Positions 1-12,694 of a DNA stretch of 64,000 nucleotides are shown here, one piece after another (the first letter of the stretch is position 1; every line of letters starts with the position of its first letter). Source of the stretch: Octopus vulgaris (taxonomy: Eukaryota); the NCBI GenBank assembly GCA_951406725.2, contig OX597816.1:21204001-21268000 (forward strand), given 5' to 3'. The translations under genes and the position numbers were made by a program. Under the pieces are notes generated by a model, which did no database searches, was not told where the DNA came from, and saw nothing but the letters and a program-made list of their open reading frames with translations.

Positions 1-424
1 AATGGCTTATGGATGCAAGACCTGAACACTAAAGAAAGCTGACCAGAAGAGAATTAATGCATTCGAGCTTTGGTGTTCGAGAAGACTTTTGCGGATTCCA
101 TGGACAGCGAGGCTCACCAATGGAGAAGTTCTTAGGCAGATAAGGCCGAAAATGTCGCTAGAAGCTAGGATCACCAAGCATAGATTGGCATATTTCGGTC
201 ATATTATGTGGAGAAAATCCCTGGAGAAGGACATCATGCTCAGAATGGTCAGTGGCAAGAGAAGAAGAGGCCGACCAAGAACCCGCTGGCTTGACACCAT
301 CAAGAATGATATCGGAATGGACATAGCCAATCTGAAAGAAGCGGCCCAGGATAGAACTGACTGGAGGACACTGATCCAACGAGTGACCGAGAGTCAACTT
401 CGACTGAGCGGATAGAGGGAGAGA
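1..424 (+). mobile_element. RTE-clade (BovB-like) LINE, 3' end of ORF, pseudogenised
   Basis: Frame from nt 2 reads MAYGCKT*TLKKADQKRINAFELWCSRRLLRIPWTAR...LAYFGHIM...GKRRRGRPRTRWLD...WRTLIQRVTESQLRLSG*. This is the typical RTE C-terminus. There is an in-frame stop at 23-25 and a short GA-rich tail. Confidence 0.9.
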
Positions 425-699
425 TTTGACCTCTCTCGGATGCAGTGAACTGGCAGAGTCATTAGCTCACTGGACAAAATGCTGAACAGCATTTCATCTG
501 ACTTTAGATTTTGAGTTCAAATTCTACTGAAGTTGACTTTACATTCCATCATTTCAGGGACAATAAAACAAGTACCTGTTGATCATTGAGGTTGATGTAC
601 CCTATTTTAATATGTATAAGGAACCCTTTTTTGTTAAAAATTAGGTTTAAACAATATGGGAGTTTCTTATAGATGGGTAGTATTATAATCCCTTTAGTA

Positions 700-990
700 G
701 AGGCACATGGCCTAGTGGTTAGAGCAGTGGACTCGCAGTTGAGGGATCGTGAGTTCGAATCTCAGACTGGGCGATGTGTGTGTTTATGAGCGAAACACCT
801 AAGCTCCAGCAGAAGGTAATAGCGAACTTCTGCTGACCCTTTCGCCACAAATTTCTCTCACTATTTCCTCCTGAATTTTGCCGCTCACTTGTGATGGACC
901 AACGTCCCATCCAGGTGGGGAACCTTATATGCCAAGGAAACTGGGAAACTGGCCCTATGAGCCAGGTATGGCTCAAGAAGGAACAAACAC
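700..990 (+). mobile_element. tRNA-derived SINE (family E), V-domain-like body
   Basis: A box TGGCCTAGTGG and B box GAGTTCGAATC. The body motif TGTGATGGACCAACGTCCCATCCAGGTGGGG resembles the V-SINE central domain. Confidence 0.7.
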
Positions 991-991
991 G

Positions 992-1340
992 ACGTTCTGA
1001 GTTCAAATTCTGCCAAGGTCAACTTTGCCTTTCATTCTTTCAGGGTCGATAAATTAAGTACCAGTGATACACTGGGTCGATGTAATCGACTGTCCTCCTC
1101 TCCCACCAAAAAAATTTCGGGCCTTGTGTGTAGAGTAAAAAAGAATCGTTAGCACACTGGACGCAATGCTTAGTGGTATATTGCTCATCGCTACATTCTG
1201 AGTTCAAATTCCACCGAGGCTGGCTCTGCTTTTCATCCTTTCAGGATGAATAAATTAAGTACCTGTGATACACTGAGGTCGATGTAATCGACTAGTCCCC
1301 TCCCTTCAAATTTCAGGCCTTGTGTCTACAGCAGAAATGT
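992..1340 (+). mobile_element. Two tandem partial SINE family A copies
   Basis: The core TTCTGAGTTCAAATTC...CCTTTCATCCTTTC.GGGTCGATAAATTAAGTACCAG occurs twice. Confidence 0.8.
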
Positions 1341-1800
1341 TTATTTCAAACGACTTCACTGTAAGCCATTTTCATGAAAGCAACAAATTCAAGCTATTAC
1401 AAAATTATCTAAATTCACAATACTGGTCCTAAGATTGAAGAAAATATATTTATTCCCCACAACTTATCTGTTTACTGGGCTGTGAGTTTATATTCCATTT
1501 CAAATCTGTTGAAAGAGTATTAAACTTATTTGCCTTCAAAAGACATCATTAACACTTTCATCCTCATTGATAATAAAATTAAACTTTGAAATATTTCTTG
1601 TGTAAATATCACTTATTTTCCATTTTAAAGAAAGAGGTTAATTGATTTTTAAGCATGAGTTTAGCAAGTTCAAAATTTCTAATACCGAAAGACAACATTT
1701 TTGGACAAAATGCTTGGCACCTGGTGTTTTAGAAAAGGCTTTCTGTAAACTTAGATTCTTTCATCAACCAAAAAGAAGTAAAAAAAAAAAGTTACATGTA

Positions 1801-1971
1801 GGTGCAGGAGTGGCTGTGTGGTAAGTAGCTTGCCTACCAACCACATGGTTCCGGGTTCAGTCCCACTGCGTGGCATCTTGGGCAAGTGTCTTCTACTATA
1901 GCCTCGGGCCGACCAAAGCCTTGTGAGTGGATTTGGTAGACGGAAACTGAAAGAAGCCCGTCGTATATATG

Positions 1972-2003
<32 letters not shown>

Positions 2004-2218
2004 CATGTATGTTTGTGTGTCTGTGTCTGTCCCCCTAGCATTGCTTGACAACCGATGCTGGTGTGTTTATGTCACCGTTACTTAGCGGTTCGGCAAAAAG
2101 AGACCGATAGAATAAGTACTGGGCTTACAAAGAATAAGTCCCGGGGTCAAGTTGCTCAACTAAAGGTGGTGCTCCAGCATGGCCGCAGTCAAATGACTGA
2201 AACAAGTAAAAGAGAGAG
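1801..2218 (+). mobile_element. SINE family B, full length (tRNA-like head, CORE-like motif, internal (TA)n(TG)n, AAAGAG tail)
   Basis: Head GGAGTGGCTGTGTGGTAAG...GGTTCAGTCCC, then CTTGGGCAAGTGTCTT, ending GCTCCAGCATGGCCGCAGTCAAATGACTGAAACAAGTAAAAGAG. There are >15 near-identical copies in the window. Confidence 0.9.
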
Positions 2219-2602
2219 ATATAAGACCAAAATCATCATCATCATCATCATCGTTATTTAACATCAGCTTTCTGTGCTGGCATGGGTCGGACGGTTGGAT
2301 GGGAGCTGGTTAGGTAGAAAACTGCACCGTACTTTGCAGAGATGAATTAGCAGAGCTGTTAAAACATTGGACAAAATGACTTCTGCTGTTTGTTCTGATT
2401 CTGTGCACTCAGAGTTCAGATTATGCCTCTGCCAGGGTCGACTTTGTCTTTCATCCTTTTAGAGTTGACAAAAAAACAGAAACAAAAACAGAACCATTCA
2501 ATGGCAGTGGAACAGTAGAACTGATGCTGTTTGGGGAGATGTTTTGTCATATTTGTTCCAACAGTTTGTGCTCTGAATACCACCAAGGACTCCTTGAATA
2601 TC

Positions 2603-3402
2603 CAACTTCGTTGCCTGACTTTTAGAGGCCCCCTGCAACATTTTGTTTCAAGGCCCCATCTCTCCAATCAAAATTCATAATCTATGCTTCTTTTATTCAT
2701 AGCTATATTTTACTTTATTCTGTCTGAAGTTCAATATTTCATGTTATCCTAAAGAACATCTTTAAAAGTATGAGTTAAATTTATTTAGGTTTATTACAAA
2801 TAGCATAATTCTTTTTCAACATCTTAACCAAAGTAAATACCTTGTCTTTTCTTGTCTTGAGACAGCATTCACCCAGGGTGGGTTGAGCTGGCTTCATTCA
2901 TCCTCAATGCTGCATCTCTCACAAACGCCGACCAGGCCTGGCGATTTGAGGCTAATGACCGCGTGATCTCCAACCACTCCCTATTCCAGCGGCAAACGCC
3001 ATAGACATGGGAGCCAAGGTTGTGTTCCAGACCAGCCTTGACTGTCATCAGCCAGGTTTTTCACTGTCCACCACAACGTTTTCGCCAACCCTGAAGGGGA
3101 GCTGGGGCAATTGCTTCATAGATGAATCCTCCTGGTTGATGATGGAGGGCATGACCCAGCCAACACAGATGTCTCGTTAGGATGACTTGTCGGAGGGGGT
3201 GGGGATTCTGCACTGGTGTCGCACCGAATTGTTAGAGACAAAGTGATGCCATCGGACACGAAGGATGCGGTGTAGACAGAGGTGATTGAAGGACTTTAGT
3301 AAATATGTGTCACATCTACATACTTTGATCATAACATGGGGCCCCTCAAACGGGGAGGCCCCCTGCAACGCCTGCAGTTGCAGGGACTTAACGACAGCCC
3401 TG
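2603..3402. mobile_element. Non-autonomous hAT-like DNA element with 8-bp TSD, interrupted by an RTE LINE
   Basis: Direct repeat TGAATATC at 2595-2602 and 3403-3410. The right end reads CAGGGCTGTCGTTAA on the minus strand. Subterminal GGCCCCCTGCAAC motifs lie at both ends. Confidence 0.65.
2842..3311 (-). mobile_element. RTE-clade LINE (second family), 5'-truncated
   Basis: Translates to FNHLCLHRILRVRWHHFVSN...LCWLGHALH...WRKRCGGQ*KTWLMTVK...LASNRQAWSAFVRD, with a (CAAGA)n tail. A second copy lies at 21830-22115. Confidence 0.85.
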
Positions 3403-4553
3403 TGAATATCTTTTGTAAAATTTAATCTGAGATTCTCTTATGAGCATTTGGTCCTAGTCTCTCTCTCTCTTTTCCACAATCTCGTAGCTCACCCCACATC
3501 ACTACTAAGTAGTTAAAAGATAAAATGAACAGCTTATTCCTCTTTCTGAAATACTTATCAACAGCTAGTGAGGAGGGAGAAAGAAACACGGGACTGATTG
3601 GAGAAAGCAAAATGATATTAAATTCATAATAATTTTATAGTGATTGCTTTATCTTTGTGTGTGTATGTGTGAACTTTTATGTGTGAAATAAACAAAATTC
3701 AGCTATTACCACAGCAATGTTTTCTTTCCATTTTCTTGATTGCAAAGATTATTTTAGAAATAATTTAAATGGAATTGATTAAACATGTTTCCTTCAATTA
3801 ATTTAATCCAGAGGCAAAAATATTGTTTCTCAAATGTAAAAATAGCTTTAAGCAAGTTATCATTTAAACTGTGTTATTTCTCAATTTGAAAAATAATTAT
3901 AGTTAATTACTAGCAAGCAAATATGTATCTTAAGGGAGTAAATGTACATTGACTCTTATCTGTTTCCTGTTTGGAAGATGTTTCAGACAATAAATAGCAA
4001 AATATTTACTTAATATAAGTAATTTTAATAAGTAATAATTAGTGATAATTTGTATTTAAGAATGTGCTGGAGTGACAGAAATTGTAGTGCCAAGCTTAAA
4101 TGCCTGCTAATATCCAATTATTTATTTAAGCATTCTGAGTTCAAATTCCACCAGAGTTAATTTTACTTTTCAATCCAGTTGAAGTTAATAAAATAAGTAT
4201 GAGAAATACGTTGGAGATTGTTTCAATAAGTAATATTCTTTCTTTTCTTTCTAATTGGAGTTTTCATGCCAAAGTTAGAAATCAATAATTTGCTATTATG
4301 ATCAAATTTTAAGAAATCTTTCAGTGAATTATTGGCAAATAAAATTCCTTAGCTAAGTCCTATACCAGAAAATTTCATAGAACAATTCAGAAAGCATCTA
4401 AATTGCAGTGAAATAGATGTTATTAAGCAATATTTTCTGATTCGCTTATATTCTGTCCATTAAATATTAATGAGACTGTCTATGGATATATAAATCTGAA
4501 AAGCTAATTTATAACAAGATTGCAACCCATTCAAAGCAGATATATAGCTGCAG

Positions 4554-4786
4554 GGCGAGCGGCAAGCTGGCAGAAACGTTAGCATACTGGGCGAAATGCG
4601 TAGCCGTATTTTGTCTGCCGTTACGTTCTGAGTTCAAATTCCGCCGAGGTCGACTTAGCCTTTCATCCTTTCGGGGTCGATAAATTAAGTACCAGTTACG
4701 CACTGGGGTCGATGTAATCGACTTAATCCGTTTGTCCTTGTTTGTCCTCTCTGTGTTTAGTCCCTTGTGGGTAGTAAAAAAAAAAA
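4554..4786 (+). mobile_element. SINE family A, full length, with 16-bp TSD
   Basis: tRNA-like head (GCTGGCAGAAACGTTAG; B box GAGTTCAAATTCC) and conserved core GCCTTTCATCCTTTCGGGGTCGATAAATTAAGTACCAG. TSD AGATATATAGCTGCAG at 4538-4553 and 4787-4802. Confidence 0.9.
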
Positions 4787-4977
4787 AGATATATAGCTGC
4801 AGACATGGCTGTGTGGTTAAGAAGCTAGCTTCCCAAACATGTGGTCCTGGGTTCAACCTCATTGCTCAGTACTTTGGGCGAGTGTTGTTTATTTCAAACC
4901 TTGGCTGACCAAAGCCTTGTGAAAATTTTTGCTACATGGAAACTAAAAGAATCCCATCAGTCATCATCATCCCCACC

Positions 4978-5149
4978 AGGCACAGGAGTGGTTGTGTGGT
5001 AAATAGCTTGCTTACCAACCACATGATTCCGGGTTCAGTCCCACTGCGTGGCACCTTGGGCAAGTATCGTCTACTATAGCCTTGGGCTGACCAAAGCCTT
5101 GTGAGTGGATTTAGTAGACGGAAACTGAAAGAAGCCCATCGTATATATG

Positions 5150-5180
<31 letters not shown>

Positions 5181-5378
5181 GTATGTGTGTTTGTGTGTCT
5201 GAGTTTGTCCCTCTAGCCAATGCTGGTATGTTTACGTCCCTGCAACTTAGCGGTTAGGCAAAAGATACCAATAGAATAAGCACTAGGCTAACAAAGAATA
5301 AGTCATGGGGTCGATTTGCTCGACTGAAGGCGGTGCCCCAGCATGGCCACAGTCAAAAGACTGAAACAAATAAAAGAC
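4978..5378 (+). mobile_element. SINE family B inserted into the CAT tail of a family C copy
   Basis: Colinear with 1801-2218 and flanked by the direct repeat CATCCCCA. Confidence 0.85.
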
Positions 5379-6005
5379 ATCCCCATCATTTAACATCTGC
5401 TTTCCATGCTGGCATGGGTTAGACGGCTAGAATGGAAATAGCAAGCTGGAGAGCTACACCAAGATCCAGTCTGAATTTGGCTTGGTTTCTATGGATAGAT
5501 CCCCTTCTTAACACCAACCACATGTTGCAAGCACAGGTGCTTTTATGTGTCACAGGCATGGGTGCTTTTACAAATCACTGGCATGGATGTTACACACTGG
5601 GGTCAATATAATCCGTTTGTCTGTCCTTATTTGTCCCCTATATGTGTAGCCCCTTGTGGGCAGTAAAGAAATAAGAAGCTGGCATGGATGCTGTAATGTG
5701 TCATTGCCACAAGCCACAATTACGTATGATTTCACTTGGCCTGACAAGTCTTCTCAAGTACAACATATTACTAAAGATCACAATCATTTTTCATCACCTC
5801 CATGATCCCACATTCAGAGACCATGCTTCACTACCTCATCCTATATCTTCCTGGGGTCTACCTCTTCCGCAGGTTCCCTCCACGTGCAATTGTGTACCCT
5901 TGTCTTGACATGTGATGGTTGTAAACGGTGGTGCATCAGCATGGCCACAGCTATGAGCTGAAACTACAGCAAAACAAATAGGCACAGGGATGGCTGTGTG
6001 TAAGA

Positions 6006-6495
6006 AGGCAGTGAGCTGGCAGAAACGTTAGCACACCGGGTGAAATGCTTAGAGGTATTTTGTAGGCCACTGCAATCTGAGTTCAAATTCCGACAAGGTC
6101 GACTTTGTCTTTCATCCTTTCAAGGTCAATTAAATAAGTACCAGTTACACACCAACCACTCCTAGAGTGTAGTGGGTGCTTTTATGTGCCACCGGCAGGA
6201 GGGCCAAGTAGGTGGTACTGGCAACGGCCATGCTGAAATGGTGCTTTTTATGTGCCACCTGCACAGGAGCCAGTCCAAGTGCACTGGCAACAACCTCACT
6301 CAAATGTTTTTTTTTTCATGTGCCACCAGCACAAGTGCTAGTAAGATGATGCAGGTAACAATCATGCTCAAATGGTGTTTTTAACATGCTATTGGCACAG
6401 AGGCCAGCCTGTTGCTCTGGCAACGATCTCCTTTGTATGGTACTCTTTGCGCTCAACTAGCAACGGATGCTAGTCACCGAGTTTGATTTGATTTT
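6006..6495. mobile_element. SINE A fragment (+) fused to a SINE C internal repeat region (-)
   Basis: A core at ~6006-6150, followed by C-type repeats GGTGCTTTTTATGTGCCACC. Confidence 0.7.
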
Positions 6496-7309
6496 TAAAT
6501 AGAGGAGGACACATTAGCCAATGAATTCTCAGTAACAAAGCAACTGGAATACACTTGCCGTATTGTAAGAACTCTTGTATCTTCAGCATTATTCCAATTA
6601 TTCCAGTGACCTAATTGCTTATAAGACATTGCTATACATTGCTGATTAGCAGTAGATCACTCTTGATTAACCAAATCCAGGATTAGTCTATTAGGCCACT
6701 CTGCTCAATTAGCTTTCCATTATCTAAAATGACATGATGTGTTAAGAGGAAAATTTGGCTGCTATTTCTTGCAAGCTGACTGACCTCCCAGATCCTTTGT
6801 CAGTAGTTCATCATTACTATTCATTGTTAAATGTGATAGCTTAATGTGTGTTATAAGAAGTCAACAAATTGTACTTTATAACCATGAAGCATACTTTTGT
6901 AAACTGTACAATGCTGTATAACCTATATATCTATGATATCTTGAATTTTGCTTATATTTTCATATCTGGGTGTATATATCTTACTTCTATTCCTATGTGT
7001 ATACATATATAATGAGATGCTAAGATAATCTATAATATATCCCTTTGATGTTGTCAAAACTGAAGTATGCAATGAAAGGTAGATGCTGCGTGGAGATTAG
7101 ATATCTTTTGAATGAAAAACATTTACTCTAAGTTATCACAACTTCTTTGAAACTTTACCCTACTTACGAAACACTTAAACCCTTTTAAGTTTATATTCTC
7201 ATCAAAGACACAGTCTACTAATGTGTCTCAATTAATTTTGTAGTTAGTGAAGAATTTGGAATGTTTTTACAAAATATTTTAATGATCAGGTTGCTTATTG
7301 TGAAACAGT

Positions 7310-7750
7310 ATGTGCAGGAGTGGCTGTGTGGATAGGCGCTGGAGTGGCTGTGTGGTAAGTAACTTTCTTACCAACCACATGGTTCTGGGTTCAGTCCCAC
7401 TGCATGGCATCTTGGGCAAGTGTCTTCTGCTATAGCCTCGGGCCGACCAATGCCTTGTGAGTGGATTTGGTAGATGGAAACTGAAAGAAGCCTGTTGTAT
7501 ATATGTATATATATATATGTGTGTGTGTATGTTTGTGTGTCTGTGTTTGTCCCCCTAGCATTGCTTGACAACCGATGCTGGTGTGTTTAAGTCCCCGTCA
7601 CTTAGCGGTTCGGCAAAAGAGACCGATAGAATAAGTACTGGGCTTACAAAGAATAAGTCCCGGGGTCGATTTGCTCGACTAAAGGTGGTGCTCCAGCATG
7701 GCCGCAGTCAAATGACTGAAACCAGTAAAAGAGTAAAAGAGTAAAGAGTA
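7310..7750 (+). mobile_element. SINE family B
   Basis: Colinear with 1801-2218, with a duplicated head segment. Confidence 0.88.
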
Positions 7751-8219
7751 GTATACAAATTACATCTTACATAATGTGACAATAGAATATTTTAATTTTA
7801 TTTAATATATAAGAGAGGAAGATGAAATAACAACTCCTTCACATCACCACCAATGCTTATAAAACTTGTCAGAAACTGATTTTCAACAGACACAATGAAG
7901 TTGTGTCAATGAGTAGGTTGTAAATATTTGTGAAAATGTTTGTAGACTTTATAATATAATATATACTATTATTAAGAAATAAACAAACAGAGTATATAAA
8001 AATGTTTTGTGTGTGGTATGTTGTGAAATTGTTAAATTACTCTTCCACACTATAATAGCTTCAGTTTCAAAACATTATCTCAGATCAAGTCATTTATCAT
8101 AACAAATACAGCTCTCAAGTTTTAATTTAAATATGAACATATTAAAATGAGATTTTGAATTATAAGAGAACAGATGCTTTCAGGCGGTATTTAAATCATC
8201 ACTTCTGTTTTTGCAAACA

Positions 8220-8254
<35 letters not shown>

Positions 8255-8949
8255 ACACACACACAAGGTAGTTCCTTTTCTTTCTTTTTTTTTTTTTTAA
8301 AATAGGTAATAGCACATAATTCGACAGAAATATAATTGATATTTCTTGCAGATATAAAAACCATATAGACATTACCTCATTTTATAATTTTAGCTTTAAT
8401 GTTCTGTAACCAATTGTTGTATTCAGGTGCTTCAGTGGACTGTTTCATTAGAGAAGGATTCAAGAAATTATGTGCTGGAATAATTTCTTGTCTCTTCCTT
8501 GGGTTTTACAGAATGCGTTTGGGCTTATCACTGCCACCGAGCAAACCATGACCAAATTAATCATACAGCAATCCCCCATTGCTTAGAGTGCTGCATTCTG
8601 ATTCTTCTTAGTGCTAATTTGCAACTGGACATGATGGATAAAGTTCTTTTGACTAAATTCTTAATTTTTTTTTACAAAATTAAATGAAACACAGGCTGTG
8701 TGTTTCAATTGAAATATGTATCAAAGGGATTTTTATATCATTCATCTTCTACTTGTTGCTGCACCATGCTGGAGCACTGCCTTGAATGGTTAGTCGAACC
8801 AACTGACCACAGGACCTATTTTTTATTTAGTACTTATTTTATCAGTTCATTTTGCTGAACCACTAATGTTACAGAATGTAAATAAACCAACACCTGTTGA
8901 CAAATGGTGATGGGGAAAAATATACCATAAATGCATACACACACACACA

Positions 8950-8996
<47 letters not shown>

Positions 8997-9634
8997 GAAG
9001 GTTTGGAAATGCAATTTTGAAAGATGTTTATTCACTTGACCGGTTTCACTTTTTTAGAAAAAGATTCTCAAAAGTAAAATGTAAAAGCTTTGCTGTGTTA
9101 GGTACTGGTTTTCACGAAATATTACAATACATAAATACATTCTTTGATAATAATAATAAGAAAATGTTAAAAACAGTTTACAAGGAAAAATCTTGAGAAA
9201 ATATTTAAAAAGTTCATTAAAAATATTAGGATTTCATTAAAAATCATGTTTGGTTGGAAGTATCTATATATATATATATATACACAGAAAATTATAAGTT
9301 CTAAAAGGCCATATTTGGTGGTATATATATATATACACAGAAGGAGATATATTTAGGAGTTTACAAAGAATTTGAGATGAACTGACCTGTTTTACCATTT
9401 TTTCGAAAAACAAGACTATGATAAATTATCAGACTGTGATAAATCATACCTTAGCTGAAACTTCGAAGTCACTGTCAATACTATTCTTGTTAGAAAATAA
9501 TAAATTTGTATTTAGTAATACTTCAGTTTAATGTAGACTTGGTTGTATTATAGTATAAAAACAACCATTCATATATATATTTTTTTAATTGGTTCTCAAA
9601 GCACATAAATTCTATAGATAATAAGCATGCGAAT

Positions 9635-10037
9635 ATTCTTTTCTACTCTAGACTCAAGGCCTGAAATTTTGAGAGAGGTGGGGCCAATTGATTAGATCAA
9701 CCCTAGTACATAACTGGTAATCAAATTATTGACCCCAAAAGAACGAATGGCAAAGTTGACCACGGCAGAATTTGAACTCAGAACGTAAAGACTGATGAAA
9801 TACCTATTTCTTTACTACCCACAAGGGGCTAAACACAGAGGAGGCAAACAAGGACAGACAAACGGATTGAGTCGATTACATCGACACCAGTGCATAACGG
9901 GTACTTAATTTATCGATCCCGAATGGATGAAAGGCAAAGTCGACCTCGGCAGAATTTGAACTCAGAACGTAACGGCGGACGAAATACCGCTAAGCATTTT
10001 GCCCGGAGTGCTAACAATTCTGCCAACTCACCGCCTT
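9635..10037 (-). mobile_element. SINE family A nested inside another family A copy
   Basis: Two successive A cores, with the junction at GAAATACC. Confidence 0.8.
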
Positions 10038-10265
10038 CAATAAGCATGTGAATATTAAGTCAGCAAACCCATTTGGATAGAAAAATTCTGAAGGCAGCCC
10101 ATGGGATCTGAACCAGCATCTCCTTTGACATTTTTCTGTCCAAAAGGGTTTCCCAACCCAATATTTACATGGTGTTATTTCCAGTGTTTGTGTGCTTTGA
10201 GAACCAATTCCACAAAAGAATAATTTTTTCATGTTTTCCAGACAGATTATAAATTTTTATGAAGT

Positions 10266-10266
<1 letters not shown>

Positions 10267-10317
<51 letters not shown>

Positions 10318-10335
10318 TATCTATCTATCTATCTA

Positions 10336-10412
<77 letters not shown>
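10267..10412. repeat. (TA)n / (TATC)n microsatellite
   Basis: Direct reading. Confidence 0.95.
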
Positions 10413-10415
<3 letters not shown>

Positions 10416-10639
10416 ATATACTTATGTAATATATCATATATATAAATATATGCATGCATACATACACACATGCACATATAGAAACATGTAATATTTATAC
10501 AAGTATACAGCTATACATGCTCAACTATGTGTGTAGATGTGTGTGTGTGTGTGTGTACATATACCAAGTTATTGCAAAGAACATTAAAATAATTACATTC
10601 CGTTCTATGAAAATTTTATATATATATATATTAGATAAC

Positions 10640-11500
10640 AAAAAAAAATTGATTTCTCAAATCATACATCAGACCTTTGGCAACTTAAGTCCTATCCAAG
10701 AGGAACTTACTGCAAAACTTGCAATATATTACGTATTCACAACCCTACAGCCAAAAGAATTGAGTAATATTAATCTTTCACCGTTGAAATACCTTCTGAT
10801 CTTTCCAATTATGAAAGGAATTTCACTGTAGGAAATTTATATAATTTAAAGTAATCATTTCATATCTGTTTTTATCATGTTTTACCTTCCTTTCATCATC
10901 TCTTCATTTCCCATCTCACTCCACGACTCTATCTTAGCTTACTCAAGCAAACCTTAACTATCTTCATTTCTAGTTTTCATTTGGCCTGCCTTTGATCTGC
11001 TTAACAACCCCTAACAACCTGCAGCATATATATTTATCTAATTTTCATCATCCTTTCTCACCTACTGTCCGTACCAATCAGACTTATTTCCTATATAGCA
11101 GTTGATACCTTTTATTCCTTAAATTTATGATTAACTGACTCTGCAATTTAGTTTCCTTTAAGTTGCTTTTACTATCAAATAGGCAGCACAAATTGAAATT
11201 CAAAGGTCTTTTCCCCTCCCCTTTTCAATATTCAACATTTAGAGAAATATTTCACATCTTCATTTCACCGTTTTACATTGCCTATGAGAATTACATGTCA
11301 TAGCTATTACAATTCTAATTTGAAACCCCCTTACTAATTCTTTATTGATTATATGCTATCACAAATATGACATATTTCATCCGTTAAATTTACAGCTTAG
11401 ACAAACTAACAGGGTTATTCTTGTTATTTCATGGCTAAATTTCTTTAAAAGAATTCTCTCTCACTAAACTAAAATGTAACCCTGAGTCAAAGAAGGTGCC
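10640..11500 (+). mobile_element. Possible decayed Penelope-like element 3' end
   Basis: ELTAKLAIYYVFTTLQPKELSN resembles the GIY-YIG C-terminal E..I..L.TL.P.GLN motif. It is followed by pyrimidine-rich UTR-like sequence. Boundaries are approximate. Confidence 0.35.
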
Positions 11501-11561
11501 ATTTCTTGGTAATTCAATCTGCAAGAAGTAGCAATCAAATCTCTCCTTATGTCATACTCTA

Positions 11562-11990
11562 CATCATCATCTTTATTGTTTAATGTCCGTTTTCCATGCT
11601 AGCATGGTTTGGATGGTTCAACCGGGGTCTGGGATGCCAGGAAGCTGCACCAGGCTCCAGTCTGATCTGGCAGGGTTTCTACAGCTGGATGCCCTTTCTA
11701 ATGCCAACCACTCCATGAGTGTAGTGGCTGCTTTTTACGTGCCACTGGCAAGGGTGCCAGGGGAGGCTGGCAACAGCCACGATTGGTTGGTGCTTTTTAT
11801 GTGCCACTGGCATGGAAGCCAGTCAAGGTGGCGCTGGCATTGGCCATGTTTGGATGGTGCTTTTTATGTGCCACCAGCACAGGTATCACAACTACAATTT
11901 CCATTTGATTTTTATTTTGATGTTGATATACTTGACTCAGTAGGTATCCTCAAGCACAGCAAGTTACCCTACGACCCAAGGTAGGCACAG
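11562..11990 (-). mobile_element. SINE-like family C ((GAT)n tail, internal tandem repeats)
   Basis: Matches the family motif CTACAGCTGGATGCCCTT.CTAA.GCCAACCACTCC and has a CATCAT tail. Confidence 0.85.
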
Positions 11991-12102
11991 CAAGGTTTCA
12001 AAATAGAGATAGTTTATCTCAGATTAAAATATTTGACATCTATGCTTGAGAAGACAGGCTGGAATACTTTTCATGATACAGGATTTTGATTGACACTAAT
12101 CT

Positions 12103-12218
12103 GTGCCGATTTATAGTAGCTTACCTTTCAGCTTATTTTAGAAATATGCTTGAGTCCATAAAATAGGATTTGACTACACCTCCATTTAGAGCACAGTTTA
12201 AGCTATCTTTACATGGAA
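12103..12218 (+). mobile_element. Mariner terminal fragment
   Basis: Reverse complement of ~49700-49815, the terminal region of the mariner element. Confidence 0.75.
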
Positions 12219-12229
12219 ATTGTTGTTAA

Positions 12230-12562
12230 GATACCAATGCCAGTGACACATAAAAAGCACCGTCTGAGCGTGGCAGATGCCAGCGCCGTCTGACTGGTGT
12301 CCATGTCAGTGACACATAAAAGCACCAACTGAATGTGGCCGTTTGCCAGCCTCCTCTGGCCCCTGTGCCGGTGGCATGTAAAAAAACACCCACTACACTC
12401 ACGGAGTGGTTAGCGTTAGGAAGGGCATCAGGCTGTAGAAACACTGCCAGATCAGATTGGTGCCTGGCGCAGCCTCCTGGCTTCCCAGCCTCTGGTCGAA
12501 CCGTCCAACCCATGCTAGCATAGAAGATGGATGTTAAACGATGACGATGATGATGATGATGA
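12230..12562 (+). mobile_element. SINE-like family C
   Basis: GGTTAGCGTTAGGAAGGGCATCAGGCTGTAGAAAC...GTTAAACGATGACGATGATG. Confidence 0.85.
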
Positions 12563-12694
12563 CCGAGGAAAACCTGAAGAGACAGATTCAAAAGAACTGT
12601 TGGTTTTCAGATTCTGTCAATAGTATCTTTGACTAAGTTGTACAAAAATATATGATCAAATAACAGTCATTGCAAAATATGAGCTTGTTTACAT

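Noticed and set aside
1751-2041. Recurrent ORF RRASFSFRLPNPLTRLWSARGYSRRHLPK seen many times
   Set aside because: Antisense translation of SINE B. The recurrence reflects the repeat, not a protein family.
8428-8640. Acceptor-like TATTCAG followed by complex sequence
   Set aside because: All frames close quickly, and I recognise no homology.
12568-12608. GAAAAC-CTGAAGA...GTTTTC hammerhead-like arrangement
   Set aside because: Helix I is plausible, but GAAA is absent, helix II is only 2 bp and the cleavage triplet is invalid. Probably chance.
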